Assembly (NCBI GenBank): GCA_017461465.1
Contig: JAFTYN010000152.1
Location: 1-49,237 of the forward strand
Direction of reading: 5' to 3'
Length of the DNA: 49,237 nt
Source: Bacilli bacterium
GTDB taxonomy: Bacteria > Bacillota_I > Bacilli_A > RF39 > UBA660
The translations under genes and the position numbers were made by a program. The notes below the pieces were generated by a model. The model saw only the letters and a list, made by a program, of their open reading frames with translations. It was not told where the DNA came from and did no database searches. This document shows, one piece after another, positions 1-8,620 of this stretch. Positions within the stretch are counted from its first letter, which is position 1. Each line of letters starts with the position of its first letter.

Positions 1-83
1 GCCCCAAATACTAAAAGTGATATTATTGAAAATAATGTTATTACTGCTATTAACTCTATTAATGTAAATCCTTTTTTATTCAT
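1..83 (-). CDS. prepilin-type N-terminal cleavage/methylation domain protein (5' end only; gene runs off the left edge)
   Basis: The reverse complement of 1..83 starts at ATG (83..81) and reads MNKKGFTLIELIAVITLFSIISLLVFG. This is a short basic leader ending in Gly, then FTLIE with Glu at +5 and a hydrophobic helix, i.e. a class III (type IV pilin) signal. It is truncated, so it is absent from the ORF track. Confidence 0.6.
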   Translation of the reverse strand, partial: MNKKGFTLIELIAVITLFSIISLLVFG

Positions 84-140
84 ATCAACACATCCCTATT
101 TTATCTATATACAATTATACATTTTTTATTTATTATTTTC

Positions 141-168
141 AACAAAAAAGGACTAATAATTAGTCCTT
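141..168 (-). terminator. rho-independent terminator after parC, overlapping its stop codon
   Basis: Minus strand reads AAGGACTAA-TTA-TTAGTCCTT (9-bp stem, 148..168) followed by TTTTTGTT. The TAA stop at 160..162 lies inside the hairpin. Confidence 0.55.
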
Positions 169-2691
169 AAATTTAAAATCATCTAAAAAATCATCTATTG
201 TAAGTATTTTTTCATCTACTTTATTTAATAATTCTTCTCTTGATTCTTTTTCTAAAATAGTAGGTTCTTCTGATACTTCGTCTTTTGAAGATTCCTTCAT
301 TAATTTTGTTGTTTCAAATATATCTTCAATATTTGATTTTGTTATAACAGTACCTGTTGAATATCTATCAGTTATAGGAAGTTCTGTTAATTTTACTTCT
401 TTATAATTTAAACCAAGTTTTAACATTATACTTTCTTTAGCAGGAATAATAAATGTCTTAATAATACTATAAGGATTTGTTTTAACATCTCTTACCATTA
501 AGATTCCTTTTCTTGCTCTTTGAAGTGGTTCAAATTCAAGAAGTTTTATTCTTTTAGCAGTACCTTTATCAGTTATTACTGATAAATAATCCATGTTTTC
601 AAATACATGAGCACATATTACTATATCATTTTTTAAACTTATAGCTTTAACACCTGCTGCTCTTAAACCTACTTCTGAAATTTCTTCTACTTTATATCTT
701 AAACCATAACCATTTTTAGTAGTTACAAATACCTCACTACCACTATTATTAGTTACTGTTACTACTTCATCATCATCTTTAAGTTTCATACAAGTAATTG
801 GTTTAGTATATCTTTGAACTTTGAATTCTGATAATTTAGTACGTTTTACCATACCATTTTTAGTAAACATTGTTATATATTCATTAGTTTCAAAATCATA
901 TACTGGAATACATTCTATTACTTTTTCTTCTTCATCTATTTTAATTATATTACTTATATGTTTACCAAGTTCTTTCCATTTTTGTTCTGGAAGTTCATGA
1001 ACTGGTACATATAAATAATTACCTTTATTTGTAAAAAGTAACATTGTATTTAATGTATTCATTTGAGATAAGTTTATAACATAATCTCCTTCTTTAACAG
1101 TTGTATCTTCATCTTTATTATAACTTCTTAAAGATACACGTTTTACATAACCTTCACTTGTTACTACTACTATGCAGTCTTCCTTAGAAATCATTTCTGT
1201 AGTATCAATCTTTATTTCAGTTATTTCATCTTTTACTTCTGTTTTTCTTGGTGTAGCATATTCTTTTTTTACTTTACGAAGTTCATCTTTCATAACATCT
1301 TTAAGTTTATCTTCATCTGCTAAAATAGCTTTTAATCCATTTATAACAATATTTAATTGTTCAAATTCTCTTTTTAATTCTTCAATATCCATATTTGTTA
1401 AACGATATAATTGAAGTACTAAAATTGCTTCTGCTTGTTTTTCAGTAAAACCAAATTTTCCCATTAAGTTTACTCTAGCATCAGCTTTATTCTTACTAGC
1501 TCTAATAGTCTTAATTACTTCATCTAAGATAGATAAAGCTTTAATTAAACCTTCTACTATATGCATTCTAGCTTCTGCAAAATCTAGGTCAAATTTTGTT
1601 CTTCTAGTTACTACTTCTTTTTGATGTGCTATATAAGCATCTAAGATAGGAAGTATTCCTAGTGTCATTGGTCTACGATTTACAATAGCTACCATATTAT
1701 AAGAATATGATACTTGTAAATCAGTATTTTTAAGTAAATAATTAAGAATTAATTCTTTAGAAGCTCCTTGTTTTAAATCAATAGCAATTCTTAAACCTTC
1801 TCTATCTGATTCATCTCTTACTTCTGCTATTCCTTCAATTTTTTTATCAATTCTTATATCATCTATTTTTTTAACAAGCATTGCTTTATTAACTTCGTAA
1901 GGTATTTCTGTAACAATTATTTGTTCTTTACTTTTTTCTTTTGCAAATTCTGTTTTAGAACGAATTATTACCTTACCTCTACCAGTTGTAAAAGCATCGA
2001 TTATCCCTTGTTTACCTTCAACTATTCCTCCTGTTGGAAAGTCAGGCCCCTTTACTATATCTAGAATAGTATCTAACCTGCAGTTAGGGCTATCTATTCT
2101 TTTAATAGTAGCATCAATTATTTCACCTAAATTATGTGTAGGAATATTAGTTGCGTAACCTGCACTAATACCATTTGAACCATTTACTAAAAGATTAGGA
2201 AATTTAGCAGGAAGTACTGTTGGTTCTAACTCAGTATCATCAAAGTTAGGCGCCCACTCTACTGTATTTTTATCTATATCTTTTAATAGTTCATTACTTA
2301 TTTTTGAAAGTCTTGCTTCAGTATAACGCATTGCAGCTGGTGAATCGCCATCCATAGAACCATTATTACCTTGCATATCTACATATGGTGTATTTTGTTT
2401 CCACCACTGACTCATACGAACCATAGCATCATAAATAGAAGAGTCTCCATGTGGGTGATAATTACCCATGATATATCCTACTGTTTTAGCACTTTTACGA
2501 TATGGTTTATCATATGTATTATGATCTTTAAACATACCATACAAGATTCTTCTTTGAACTGGCTTTAAACCATCTCTAACATCCGGAATTGCACGATCTT
2601 GAATAATAGCTTTAGCATATCTACCAAATCTATCACCCATGATTTCTTCAAGTGCATAGTCATGAATTCTTTTTATTACATCATCTTGCAT
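160..2691 (-). CDS. parC: DNA topoisomerase IV subunit A (ParC; type IIA topoisomerase A subunit)
   Basis: 843 aa. Contains DGLKPVQRRILY, the HPHGDSSIYDAMVRMSQ motif and the catalytic AAMRYTEARL. I found no GyrA-box (QRRGGKG) in the C-terminal beta-pinwheel region, and SQWWK resembles Gram-positive ParC. It lies immediately downstream of the B subunit. Confidence 0.85.
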   Translation of the reverse strand: MQDDVIKRIHDYALEEIMGDRFGRYAKAIIQDRAIPDVRDGLKPVQRRILYGMFKDHNTYDKPYRKSAKTVGYIMGNYHPHGDSSIYDAMVRMSQWWKQNTPYVDMQGNNGSMDGDSPAAMRYTEARLSKISNELLKDIDKNTVEWAPNFDDTELEPTVLPAKFPNLLVNGSNGISAGYATNIPTHNLGEIIDATIKRIDSPNCRLDTILDIVKGPDFPTGGIVEGKQGIIDAFTTGRGKVIIRSKTEFAKEKSKEQIIVTEIPYEVNKAMLVKKIDDIRIDKKIEGIAEVRDESDREGLRIAIDLKQGASKELILNYLLKNTDLQVSYSYNMVAIVNRRPMTLGILPILDAYIAHQKEVVTRRTKFDLDFAEARMHIVEGLIKALSILDEVIKTIRASKNKADARVNLMGKFGFTEKQAEAILVLQLYRLTNMDIEELKREFEQLNIVINGLKAILADEDKLKDVMKDELRKVKKEYATPRKTEVKDEITEIKIDTTEMISKEDCIVVVTSEGYVKRVSLRSYNKDEDTTVKEGDYVINLSQMNTLNTMLLFTNKGNYLYVPVHELPEQKWKELGKHISNIIKIDEEEKVIECIPVYDFETNEYITMFTKNGMVKRTKLSEFKVQRYTKPITCMKLKDDDEVVTVTNNSGSEVFVTTKNGYGLRYKVEEISEVGLRAAGVKAISLKNDIVICAHVFENMDYLSVITDKGTAKRIKLLEFEPLQRARKGILMVRDVKTNPYSIIKTFIIPAKESIMLKLGLNYKEVKLTELPITDRYSTGTVITKSNIEDIFETTKLMKESSKDEVSEEPTILEKESREELLNKVDEKILTIDDFLDDFKFKD

Positions 2692-2702
2692 TTAATCACC
2701 AA

Positions 2703-4622
2703 CTAACTTTCTATTTTATAACTGTCTTCTAAAGTAAAGACAACATTTTCTTCTATCCATTCTTTACGAGGCTCAACTTTATCCCCCATAAGCACACTTA
2801 CTCTTTTTTCTGCAAGGGCACCATCATTAATATTAACTCTAATAAGCATTCTAGTATCTGGGTTCATAGTAGTTTCCCAAAGCTGATCCGCATTCATTTC
2901 ACCAAGACCTTTATATCTTTGTACACCTGGTTTACCAGAGTTATTTTTTCTTATTTCATTAAGTTCTTCATCTGTCCAAGCATAAAAATGTTTTTTACCA
3001 TAATCAAGTTTATATAAAGGAGGAAGTGCTATATAAAGTTTTCCTGACTCAATTAATGGTTTCATATATCTATAGAAGAATGTAATTAATAATATTTGAA
3101 TATGTGCCCCGTCATCATCAGCATCGGTCATTATTATTACCTTATCATAATTAGAATCTTCTACTGTAAAATCTGATCCTACACCTGCTCCTATTGTATG
3201 AATCATTGTGTTTATTTCTTCATTCTTAAGTATTTCTTCCATACGAGCTTTTTCTGTATTTATAACTTTACCTCTTAGTGGAAGAATAGCTTGAAATTTA
3301 CGATCTCTACCACCTTTAGCAGAACCACCTGCTGAATCTCCTTCGACTAAGAATAATTCGTTCTTTTTAGGATTTTTAGTTTGAGCTGGAGCAAGTTTAC
3401 CTGATAAAGCTGTCTCTTTTTTGTTTTTGTCTTTACCACTTCTAGCTTCATCGCGAGCTTTTCTAGCAGCTTCTCTAACATTCTTACTCTTAATCATTTT
3501 ATTAACAAGATCTGTTGCTACTACCTTATTTTCTTCAAGATAGAATTGAAGTTTTTCACTAACAATGCTTTCAACAACATTTCTTGCTATTGGAGTTCCA
3601 AGTTTTCCTTTAGTTTGTCCTTCAAATTGAAGTAAATTTTCTGGAATTTGTAAAGATATAATAGCTGTTAAACCTTCTCTTGTATCTGGACCTTCTAAAT
3701 TCTTATCTTTATTTTTTAGAAAACCATTATTTCTAGCATAATCATTAAACACTCTAGTTATAGCAGTTTTTAACCCTACTTCATGAGAACCACCATCATT
3801 TGTTTTAACATTATTAACAAATGATACTATATTTTCTGAATAACTATCTGTATACTGGAATGCTACATCAACATTTATATTATTTTTAGAGCCATTAAAG
3901 TTTACTACTTTATTTATTTCTTTCTTATCTTCGTTTATATATTCTACAAAAGCAGATAAGCCGTTTTCATAATGGAATGATTCACTTCTTGCTTCTATTT
4001 CATCACATACTTCGATTGTTAAATCTTTAAGCAAGAAAGCACTTTCTTGCATTCTTTCAATAATTGTTGAATATGAAAAATTAGTAACTTGAAATATTGT
4101 TGGATCTGGTTTAAATGTTACTGTTGTACCAGTTTTGCTTGTTTTATCTAATTTCTTTAATGGAATTTTAGTATGACCACCTTTTTCAAATCTAATATAA
4201 TGTTCATACCCATCTCTTTTGATATTTACTTCCATCCATTCAGATAAAGCATTTACTACAGAACCACCTACACCATGAAGTCCACCTGAAACTTTATATC
4301 CACCAGTTTCAAATTTTCCTCCAGCGTGAAGTACTGTATATATTACTTCAGGTGTACTTTTACCTGAAGCATGCATACCAACAGGTACGCCTCTTCCTTC
4401 ATCTTGAACTGATAGTGATCCATCTTTATGTATTGTTATTTTAATTTTTTTACCATAACCATTAATAACTTCATCTATTGAGTTATCAACAATTTCCCAT
4501 ACTAGATGATGTAAGCCTCTTTTATCAGTAGACCCTATATACATACCAGGTCTTTTTCTTACAGCATCTAACCCTTCTAAGATTTTGATTGAATTTTCGT
4601 TATAATCATTATGTTTTACCAT
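2703..4622 (-). CDS. parE: DNA topoisomerase IV subunit B (ParE)
   Basis: Contains LEGLDAVRKRPGMYIGST, GLHHLVWEIVDNSIDE (GHKL ATPase), the EGDSAGG Toprim motif and PLRGKVIN. The ORF track starts at 4640. I prefer the ATG at 4622 (MVKHNDY) because AAGGTGA lies 5 nt upstream. Confidence 0.85.
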   Translation of the reverse strand: MVKHNDYNENSIKILEGLDAVRKRPGMYIGSTDKRGLHHLVWEIVDNSIDEVINGYGKKIKITIHKDGSLSVQDEGRGVPVGMHASGKSTPEVIYTVLHAGGKFETGGYKVSGGLHGVGGSVVNALSEWMEVNIKRDGYEHYIRFEKGGHTKIPLKKLDKTSKTGTTVTFKPDPTIFQVTNFSYSTIIERMQESAFLLKDLTIEVCDEIEARSESFHYENGLSAFVEYINEDKKEINKVVNFNGSKNNINVDVAFQYTDSYSENIVSFVNNVKTNDGGSHEVGLKTAITRVFNDYARNNGFLKNKDKNLEGPDTREGLTAIISLQIPENLLQFEGQTKGKLGTPIARNVVESIVSEKLQFYLEENKVVATDLVNKMIKSKNVREAARKARDEARSGKDKNKKETALSGKLAPAQTKNPKKNELFLVEGDSAGGSAKGGRDRKFQAILPLRGKVINTEKARMEEILKNEEINTMIHTIGAGVGSDFTVEDSNYDKVIIMTDADDDGAHIQILLITFFYRYMKPLIESGKLYIALPPLYKLDYGKKHFYAWTDEELNEIRKNNSGKPGVQRYKGLGEMNADQLWETTMNPDTRMLIRVNINDGALAEKRVSVLMGDKVEPRKEWIEENVVFTLEDSYKIES

Positions 4623-4663
4623 CTTAATCACCTTATTCATTATATCATAAATTTCTTTAAAAC

Positions 4664-4695
4664 TAAAAGAAAAACCTTATTTTTAAAGGTTTTTT
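4664..4695 (-). terminator. rho-independent terminator closing the second hydrolase/lipoprotein unit
   Basis: Minus strand reads AAAACCTT-TAAAAAT-AAGGTTTT (hairpin 4671..4693) followed by TCTTTT. It lies directly after the stop at 4696. Confidence 0.55.
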
Positions 4696-5421
4696 CTATA
4701 TAGTTTGTGCTTTTTTTACTTTAATTAATACTCCTACTGCAACAATCAATATAACTACTATACCAAAAATAATTAGAATACCATTATTGCTTTCATTATT
4801 TTCTTTTTTCACTATATCATAAGCATAATAACTTGTATAATCTAATTCTGCACTTGTAATTTTATTATTATTTAATAAGTAAGTGATAGTCATACCACTA
4901 GAATTTCCATAAGAACGATAATAATATACAATTTTATTTTCCTCTTTAACATTATCCATATATCGATAACGATAATTTGTATTATCTTTAGTATCTTTAT
5001 ATAGTATTGGCCATTCATCTTTATAAATAATTGCCACTTCACTATTTGCATTAACTATTGCATACTTTCTTCCTGATTCATCTTCATTGATGAATTTTAA
5101 TTTATTATAATAAACATGATATTCATTATCCTTTAAAAATACCCCATCTGAATCTTTTTCCTCTGTATAAGATTCAGGATTAAGTAGCATATTTTTAGTA
5201 AGATTTATACTTTTTTCATTTGATTCTTCATAATTTTTCAAATCATTTATTATTTTAATACTTTCATTTGGAAGTTTAGAATAATCATAATATATATCTT
5301 GATATAATTTTATAATCACATTAGACATTTCTTCTGTTTGACTTAGTAAATCCTTATTAGAGCAACCACATACACTAAAGACTAAAATAGATATAAAAAT
5401 TAATTTTAAATATTTTTTCAT
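4696..5421 (-). CDS. lipoprotein with C-terminal TM anchor, paralogue of 6631..7260 (function unknown)
   Basis: Signal peptide MKKYLKLIFISILVFSVCGC (lipobox-like VCGC). Tyr/Asn/Lys-rich ectodomain and a C-terminal hydrophobic helix GILIIFGIVVILIVAVGVLI. Blocks shared with 6631..7260: SNVIIKLY/SNIVVNLF and FLKDNEYHVYYN/YIKNNKCYVNYN. Confidence 0.6.
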   Translation of the reverse strand: MKKYLKLIFISILVFSVCGCSNKDLLSQTEEMSNVIIKLYQDIYYDYSKLPNESIKIINDLKNYEESNEKSINLTKNMLLNPESYTEEKDSDGVFLKDNEYHVYYNKLKFINEDESGRKYAIVNANSEVAIIYKDEWPILYKDTKDNTNYRYRYMDNVKEENKIVYYYRSYGNSSGMTITYLLNNNKITSAELDYTSYYAYDIVKKENNESNNGILIIFGIVVILIVAVGVLIKVKKAQTI

Positions 5422-5430
5422 CTATTCACC

Positions 5431-6570
5431 TCATTTAGCAGTATATGCAACAGCATACATAAAACCGCATTTTCCAAGTTCATTACATCTATTTTTGTGA
5501 TTATAAAATTTATTCCATAAATTTTCTAAAGTGTATGTTCCATTATTACTACCATTACCTGGATCAAGTAAAACAACTTCACCATTAGTTGCTGGGGTAA
5601 AAACAACGTAATGTCCTGGTATTAAAACCTCTATTGCTTTATTAGCTTTTAATGCATCTCTTATTTTAGTTAATTTTGCATCTTTTGATAATCCAGAACC
5701 ACGATAAAATAATACTTGAGCATTCATATCATATTTATTTAGCATATTTTGATTATATAAAGCAGCATCTTCAATTGCTCCCTTATTTGGTGATATTCCA
5801 GGATGAATATAAGCATGAACTGTTTTTGGATTAATATTACCATCATTATTTAAACCACTTGCTATCATAGCTAACGATGAATATCCACATCCAGATGAAC
5901 ATATAGTACTAGAACTACTACCAAATTTAACGCTTTTCCATCTTGAATCACACTGATTATAATATGGTAAATTAAGGGTATTACTTACTGAACCACTACT
6001 ACTACCTGATTTAACTCCACCACCATCATCTCTTTGTTTTCTTTTTGCTTCTTCTTCTTTTTTCTTTTCTTCTTCTTTACGTTTTTCTTCTTCTTTTATT
6101 TTTTTATCTACTTCTTTTAATCTAGTAGTAAATGTTTCTTTTAATTCCTCATCTTTTACTTTATTTACAGCAAGTTTTGCATCATCGTATATTAATCGTG
6201 ATAAATTTTGTTCTGCATTTACTACTAAACTATCTGCAATATTAATATATGCAGCGTCTACATATTCAGAATTAGCATTTTCAAAACAAGCTGCATATTC
6301 ATAATTTGAATCAGCTATTCCTATTACAAAATCTAAAATATATGGAACTAAAAAGATCAAGATTAAGCCTATAAATTTTTGAGGTATTCTTCTTACATTT
6401 TTACTTACTGCAGATTGATCTTGTGCCATAACTGCCTTAGCAATATCAATAGTTGTCATAATTATTACTGCTATTGGACCAATTATACATAATAATTTAA
6501 TTATTAATCTTACTATAACCATAACAGAAAGTATATCTGGATTATTACATGCTGCTATTACTAAACTCAT
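5431..6570 (-). CDS. membrane-hairpin-anchored C39-like (papain-fold) cysteine peptidase, probable cell-wall hydrolase
   Basis: N-terminus MSLVIAACNNPD, two TM helices around a basic loop (SKNVRRIPQKF), a Lys/Glu coiled-coil spacer and a G/S linker. These are followed by PYYNQ...SSGCGYSSLAMI (Cys), PGHYVVF (His) and LLDPG (Asp), as in Peptidase_C39_2-type domains. AGGAG lies 9 nt upstream of the ATG, and an in-frame TGA 2 codons upstream prevents extension. Confidence 0.6.
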   Translation of the reverse strand: MSLVIAACNNPDILSVMVIVRLIIKLLCIIGPIAVIIMTTIDIAKAVMAQDQSAVSKNVRRIPQKFIGLILIFLVPYILDFVIGIADSNYEYAACFENANSEYVDAAYINIADSLVVNAEQNLSRLIYDDAKLAVNKVKDEELKETFTTRLKEVDKKIKEEEKRKEEEKKKEEEAKRKQRDDGGGVKSGSSSGSVSNTLNLPYYNQCDSRWKSVKFGSSSSTICSSGCGYSSLAMIASGLNNDGNINPKTVHAYIHPGISPNKGAIEDAALYNQNMLNKYDMNAQVLFYRGSGLSKDAKLTKIRDALKANKAIEVLIPGHYVVFTPATNGEVVLLDPGNGSNNGTYTLENLWNKFYNHKNRCNELGKCGFMYAVAYTAK

Positions 6571-6588
6571 ACATCATCACTCCTATTT

Positions 6589-6599
6589 TAATTATATCA
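6589..6599 (-). promoter_or_regulatory. extended -10 promoter element (TGATATAATTA) for 5431..6570 unit
   Basis: Minus strand reads TGATATAATTA about 20 nt upstream of the AGGAG RBS. The identical 11-mer occurs upstream of 7262..8545, ftsK and murD. Confidence 0.45.
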
Positions 6600-6601
6600 A
6601 A

Positions 6602-6636
6602 TAAAAAAAGAATAACAAAGATAAACTTTGTTATTC
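6602..6636 (-). terminator. rho-independent terminator after lipoprotein 6631..7260, overlapping its stop
   Basis: Perfect 11-bp stem GAATAACAAAG/CTTTGTTATTC (6610..6636) followed on the minus strand by TTTTTTT. Confidence 0.65.
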
Positions 6637-7260
6637 ACTAGTTATATAATTATTTATATTTTCAAAACTTGTTTCTATTTTCTCTATATCTTTACCATCT
6701 AGATACATTTTAACAACTAATCCAGTTCCATCATATGAAGAGTTATATAAGAAATAATATCCTTTATCAAACTTTACACTTTGTTTATATACATAATCAT
6801 ATTTAGGATTATCCTTATTTTCTTCATAATTCATATAAAAATCACTTTCGTATAAGATAGTATAATAATTATTACAAACTAAATATTTTTGTAGTTCTAA
6901 TTCGTAAGAAGGGTCATTTTCTTCTTTTATATAATCAAACCCTAAATCATTATAATTTACATAGCATTTATTATTTTTAATATATACTTCTTTAGAATTA
7001 GGTTCATTAACTTTATATTCATCATTCTTAATAATAAAATCAGTTAAATCTATCTCATGATTTTTATGAGTTAATGTATTTAAGTATTCATCTATTTTCT
7101 TTTTATCTTTTTCATCTATATCTTTAGAATCATATTTTTCACTAGTAAATAGATTAACTACAATATTAGATATATTTTTATAGTATTCAAAATTCTTATT
7201 TGTACATCCAGTTAGTAAGACTAATCCTAATAACATTAATATAGTTAATTTCTTTTTCAT
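6631..7260 (-). CDS. lipoprotein, paralogue of 4696..5421 (function unknown)
   Basis: Signal peptide MKKKLTILMLLGLVLLTGC with the canonical lipobox LLTGC. It starts 1 nt after the stop of the M23 gene. The Tyr/Asn/Asp-rich ectodomain shares blocks with 4696..5421. Confidence 0.65.
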   Translation of the reverse strand: MKKKLTILMLLGLVLLTGCTNKNFEYYKNISNIVVNLFTSEKYDSKDIDEKDKKKIDEYLNTLTHKNHEIDLTDFIIKNDEYKVNEPNSKEVYIKNNKCYVNYNDLGFDYIKEENDPSYELELQKYLVCNNYYTILYESDFYMNYEENKDNPKYDYVYKQSVKFDKGYYFLYNSSYDGTGLVVKMYLDGKDIEKIETSFENINNYITSE

Positions 7261-7261
7261 C

Positions 7262-8545
7262 TTATCCTCCTGCCTTTATTTTATATCCTTTAGCATGTTT
7301 AGGCATTCCGTATATAGCTTCTATTTTCCAAGTTGTTAAGCCAGAATTATAATTACTACCTGGATATATAGTCATATGAAGGTGTGGTGCCCAACCAATA
7401 CTTGTACTAGTACCTGCTGCATTACCAACAAATCCAAGTAATTCACCTTTTTTTACTTTACGATTACAAGATGAAGTACTACTACACCTATATCTTATAC
7501 CAGACATATGTGTTAAAAAGATTGTATCTACTGACTGACCTTGTACAGTTTGAGCTTTATTTAATTTTATAGATACACTATAAGCTGTTTCATCTCCACC
7601 TTTATTACTTGTATGTCCCCACTCAGAATACATTAAAGTACCATCTACTGGTGAATATATTGGAGTTCCAAAATAGGCCATAAAATCTATACCATTATGC
7701 TCATAAACAAAATTATAAACTCCATCTACCGGTGTGGTTGGCATTATAAAAATACCATATGTTTTATAATTAGTAAGTTGTGTTGGAATAGAACCATAAT
7801 TTTTAGGCCATGCTCCTAATGGAAGACCAGTTTTAGAATCTTTTGGATAAACAAAATTACTAGCGCTTATTACTTTTCTTCCGGCCCAGTAATTAACTGC
7901 TGCTGAAGGATCAGGCTCTCTAGATTGTGCTACACCTGGCTGAGCTATTCCTTTTCCACTACTAGAATATGAACCAGATGTCGATAAATTGCCAGTTCCT
8001 GATACATTAGAACCATCATTTTTATTTTGTTCTTGTTCAGCTTTCTTTTTTGCTTCTTCCTCTTCTTTTTTCTTCTTTATTGTTTCTTTTACAACATCTA
8101 TTCTTTCATTATAATTAGCTTGTTTTTCTTCATCTTTAAGCTTATTAATTGCAAGTTTAGCTTCTTCTACATCTAAATAGTTAAGTGATTCTTCTGCTTT
8201 TAAAACAGCATTATCCGCTTTTGTCAAATATGCCTGGGCAATATTTTCTTTTGTAGCTCCTACAAAACATGAATTATATTCATAAGAAGAATCAACTATA
8301 TTCATAACTACCTGAATAAAAGTTGGGACAAAAAATATTAATACCATGGCAATCATTTTCTTTGGTATTTTTGCTTTTTCCTTAGCAACCATATTTTCAT
8401 CATTGGCAATTACCGTCTTGACTAAACTAATCATCATAGCAATTATTAGCGCTATTGGCGCAACAATTTTTAATACATTAATCATTTGATTTACTAAATA
8501 CATAACAGATAGTAAATCAGGATTGCTACATACTGTTAATAACAT
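7262..8545 (-). CDS. membrane-hairpin-anchored M23 (LytM-type) metallopeptidase, probable peptidoglycan endopeptidase
   Basis: M23 motifs are HNGIDF (HxxxD), THMSGI...KKGELLGFVGN and APHLHMTIY (HxH). The N-terminal Cys, two-TM hairpin and K/E coiled coil are paralogous to 5431..6570. The ORF track starts at TTG 8590. I prefer ATG 8545 (MLLTVCSNPD) because GGAGG lies 7 nt upstream and the N-terminus then matches its paralogue. Confidence 0.75.
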   Translation of the reverse strand: MLLTVCSNPDLLSVMYLVNQMINVLKIVAPIALIIAMMISLVKTVIANDENMVAKEKAKIPKKMIAMVLIFFVPTFIQVVMNIVDSSYEYNSCFVGATKENIAQAYLTKADNAVLKAEESLNYLDVEEAKLAINKLKDEEKQANYNERIDVVKETIKKKKEEEEAKKKAEQEQNKNDGSNVSGTGNLSTSGSYSSSGKGIAQPGVAQSREPDPSAAVNYWAGRKVISASNFVYPKDSKTGLPLGAWPKNYGSIPTQLTNYKTYGIFIMPTTPVDGVYNFVYEHNGIDFMAYFGTPIYSPVDGTLMYSEWGHTSNKGGDETAYSVSIKLNKAQTVQGQSVDTIFLTHMSGIRYRCSSTSSCNRKVKKGELLGFVGNAAGTSTSIGWAPHLHMTIYPGSNYNSGLTTWKIEAIYGMPKHAKGYKIKAGG

Positions 8546-8565
8546 AACTATACCTCCTACCATAC

Positions 8566-8576
8566 TAATTATATCA
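8566..8576 (-). promoter_or_regulatory. extended -10 promoter element (TGATATAATTA) for 7262..8545 unit
   Basis: Minus strand reads TTTTGATATAATTAGTATGGTAGGAGG. It lies just downstream of the ftsK terminator. Confidence 0.45.
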
Positions 8577-8593
8577 AAATAAGATGTCAAAGC

Positions 8594-8620
8594 AAATAAA
8601 AAAGGAAGTTAATCTTCCTT
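8594..8620 (-). terminator. rho-independent terminator of ftsK, overlapping its stop codon
   Basis: Minus strand reads AAGGAAG-ATTAA-CTTCCTT followed by TTTTTTATTT. The TAA stop of ftsK lies in the loop. Confidence 0.55.

Noticed and set aside
160-4640. The type IIA topoisomerase pair might be gyrB-gyrA.
   Set aside because: The A subunit lacks a GyrA-box (QRRGGKG-like) in the first C-terminal blade and has a ParC-like SQWWK after the HPHGD motif. Gyrase genes are normally near dnaA/recF, which are absent here. I call it parE-parC, with residual uncertainty.
7262-8545. The TM-anchored M23 protein might be SpoIIQ, the partner of SpoIIIAH.
   Set aside because: It has a two-helix hairpin plus a coiled coil rather than a single N-terminal TM helix. 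It has a paralogue with a non-M23 head, an attached lipoprotein partner, and a vegetative-type TGATATAAT promoter. Nothing specifically links it to SpoIIQ, so this stays an untested possibility.
7262-8590. The N-termini MSLVIAAC and MLLTVC (or MTSYFDIISMVGGIVMLLTVC from the TTG at 8590) look like lipoprotein lipoboxes.
   Set aside because: In 5431..6570 an in-frame TGA lies 2 codons upstream of the ATG, so the pre-Cys segment is only 7 residues with no basic n-region. That is too short for a Sec/Lsp signal. In 7262..8545 the strong GGAGG RBS favours the short form. The Cys aligns with the non-lipobox EGC of the C-terminal hairpin proteins.
8568-8590. TTGACA at 8590..8585 followed by TATAAT might be a full consensus promoter.
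   Set aside because: The spacer is only 11 nt, so the TTGACA cannot serve as the -35 for this -10. The extended -10 (TGATATAAT) is the supported element.
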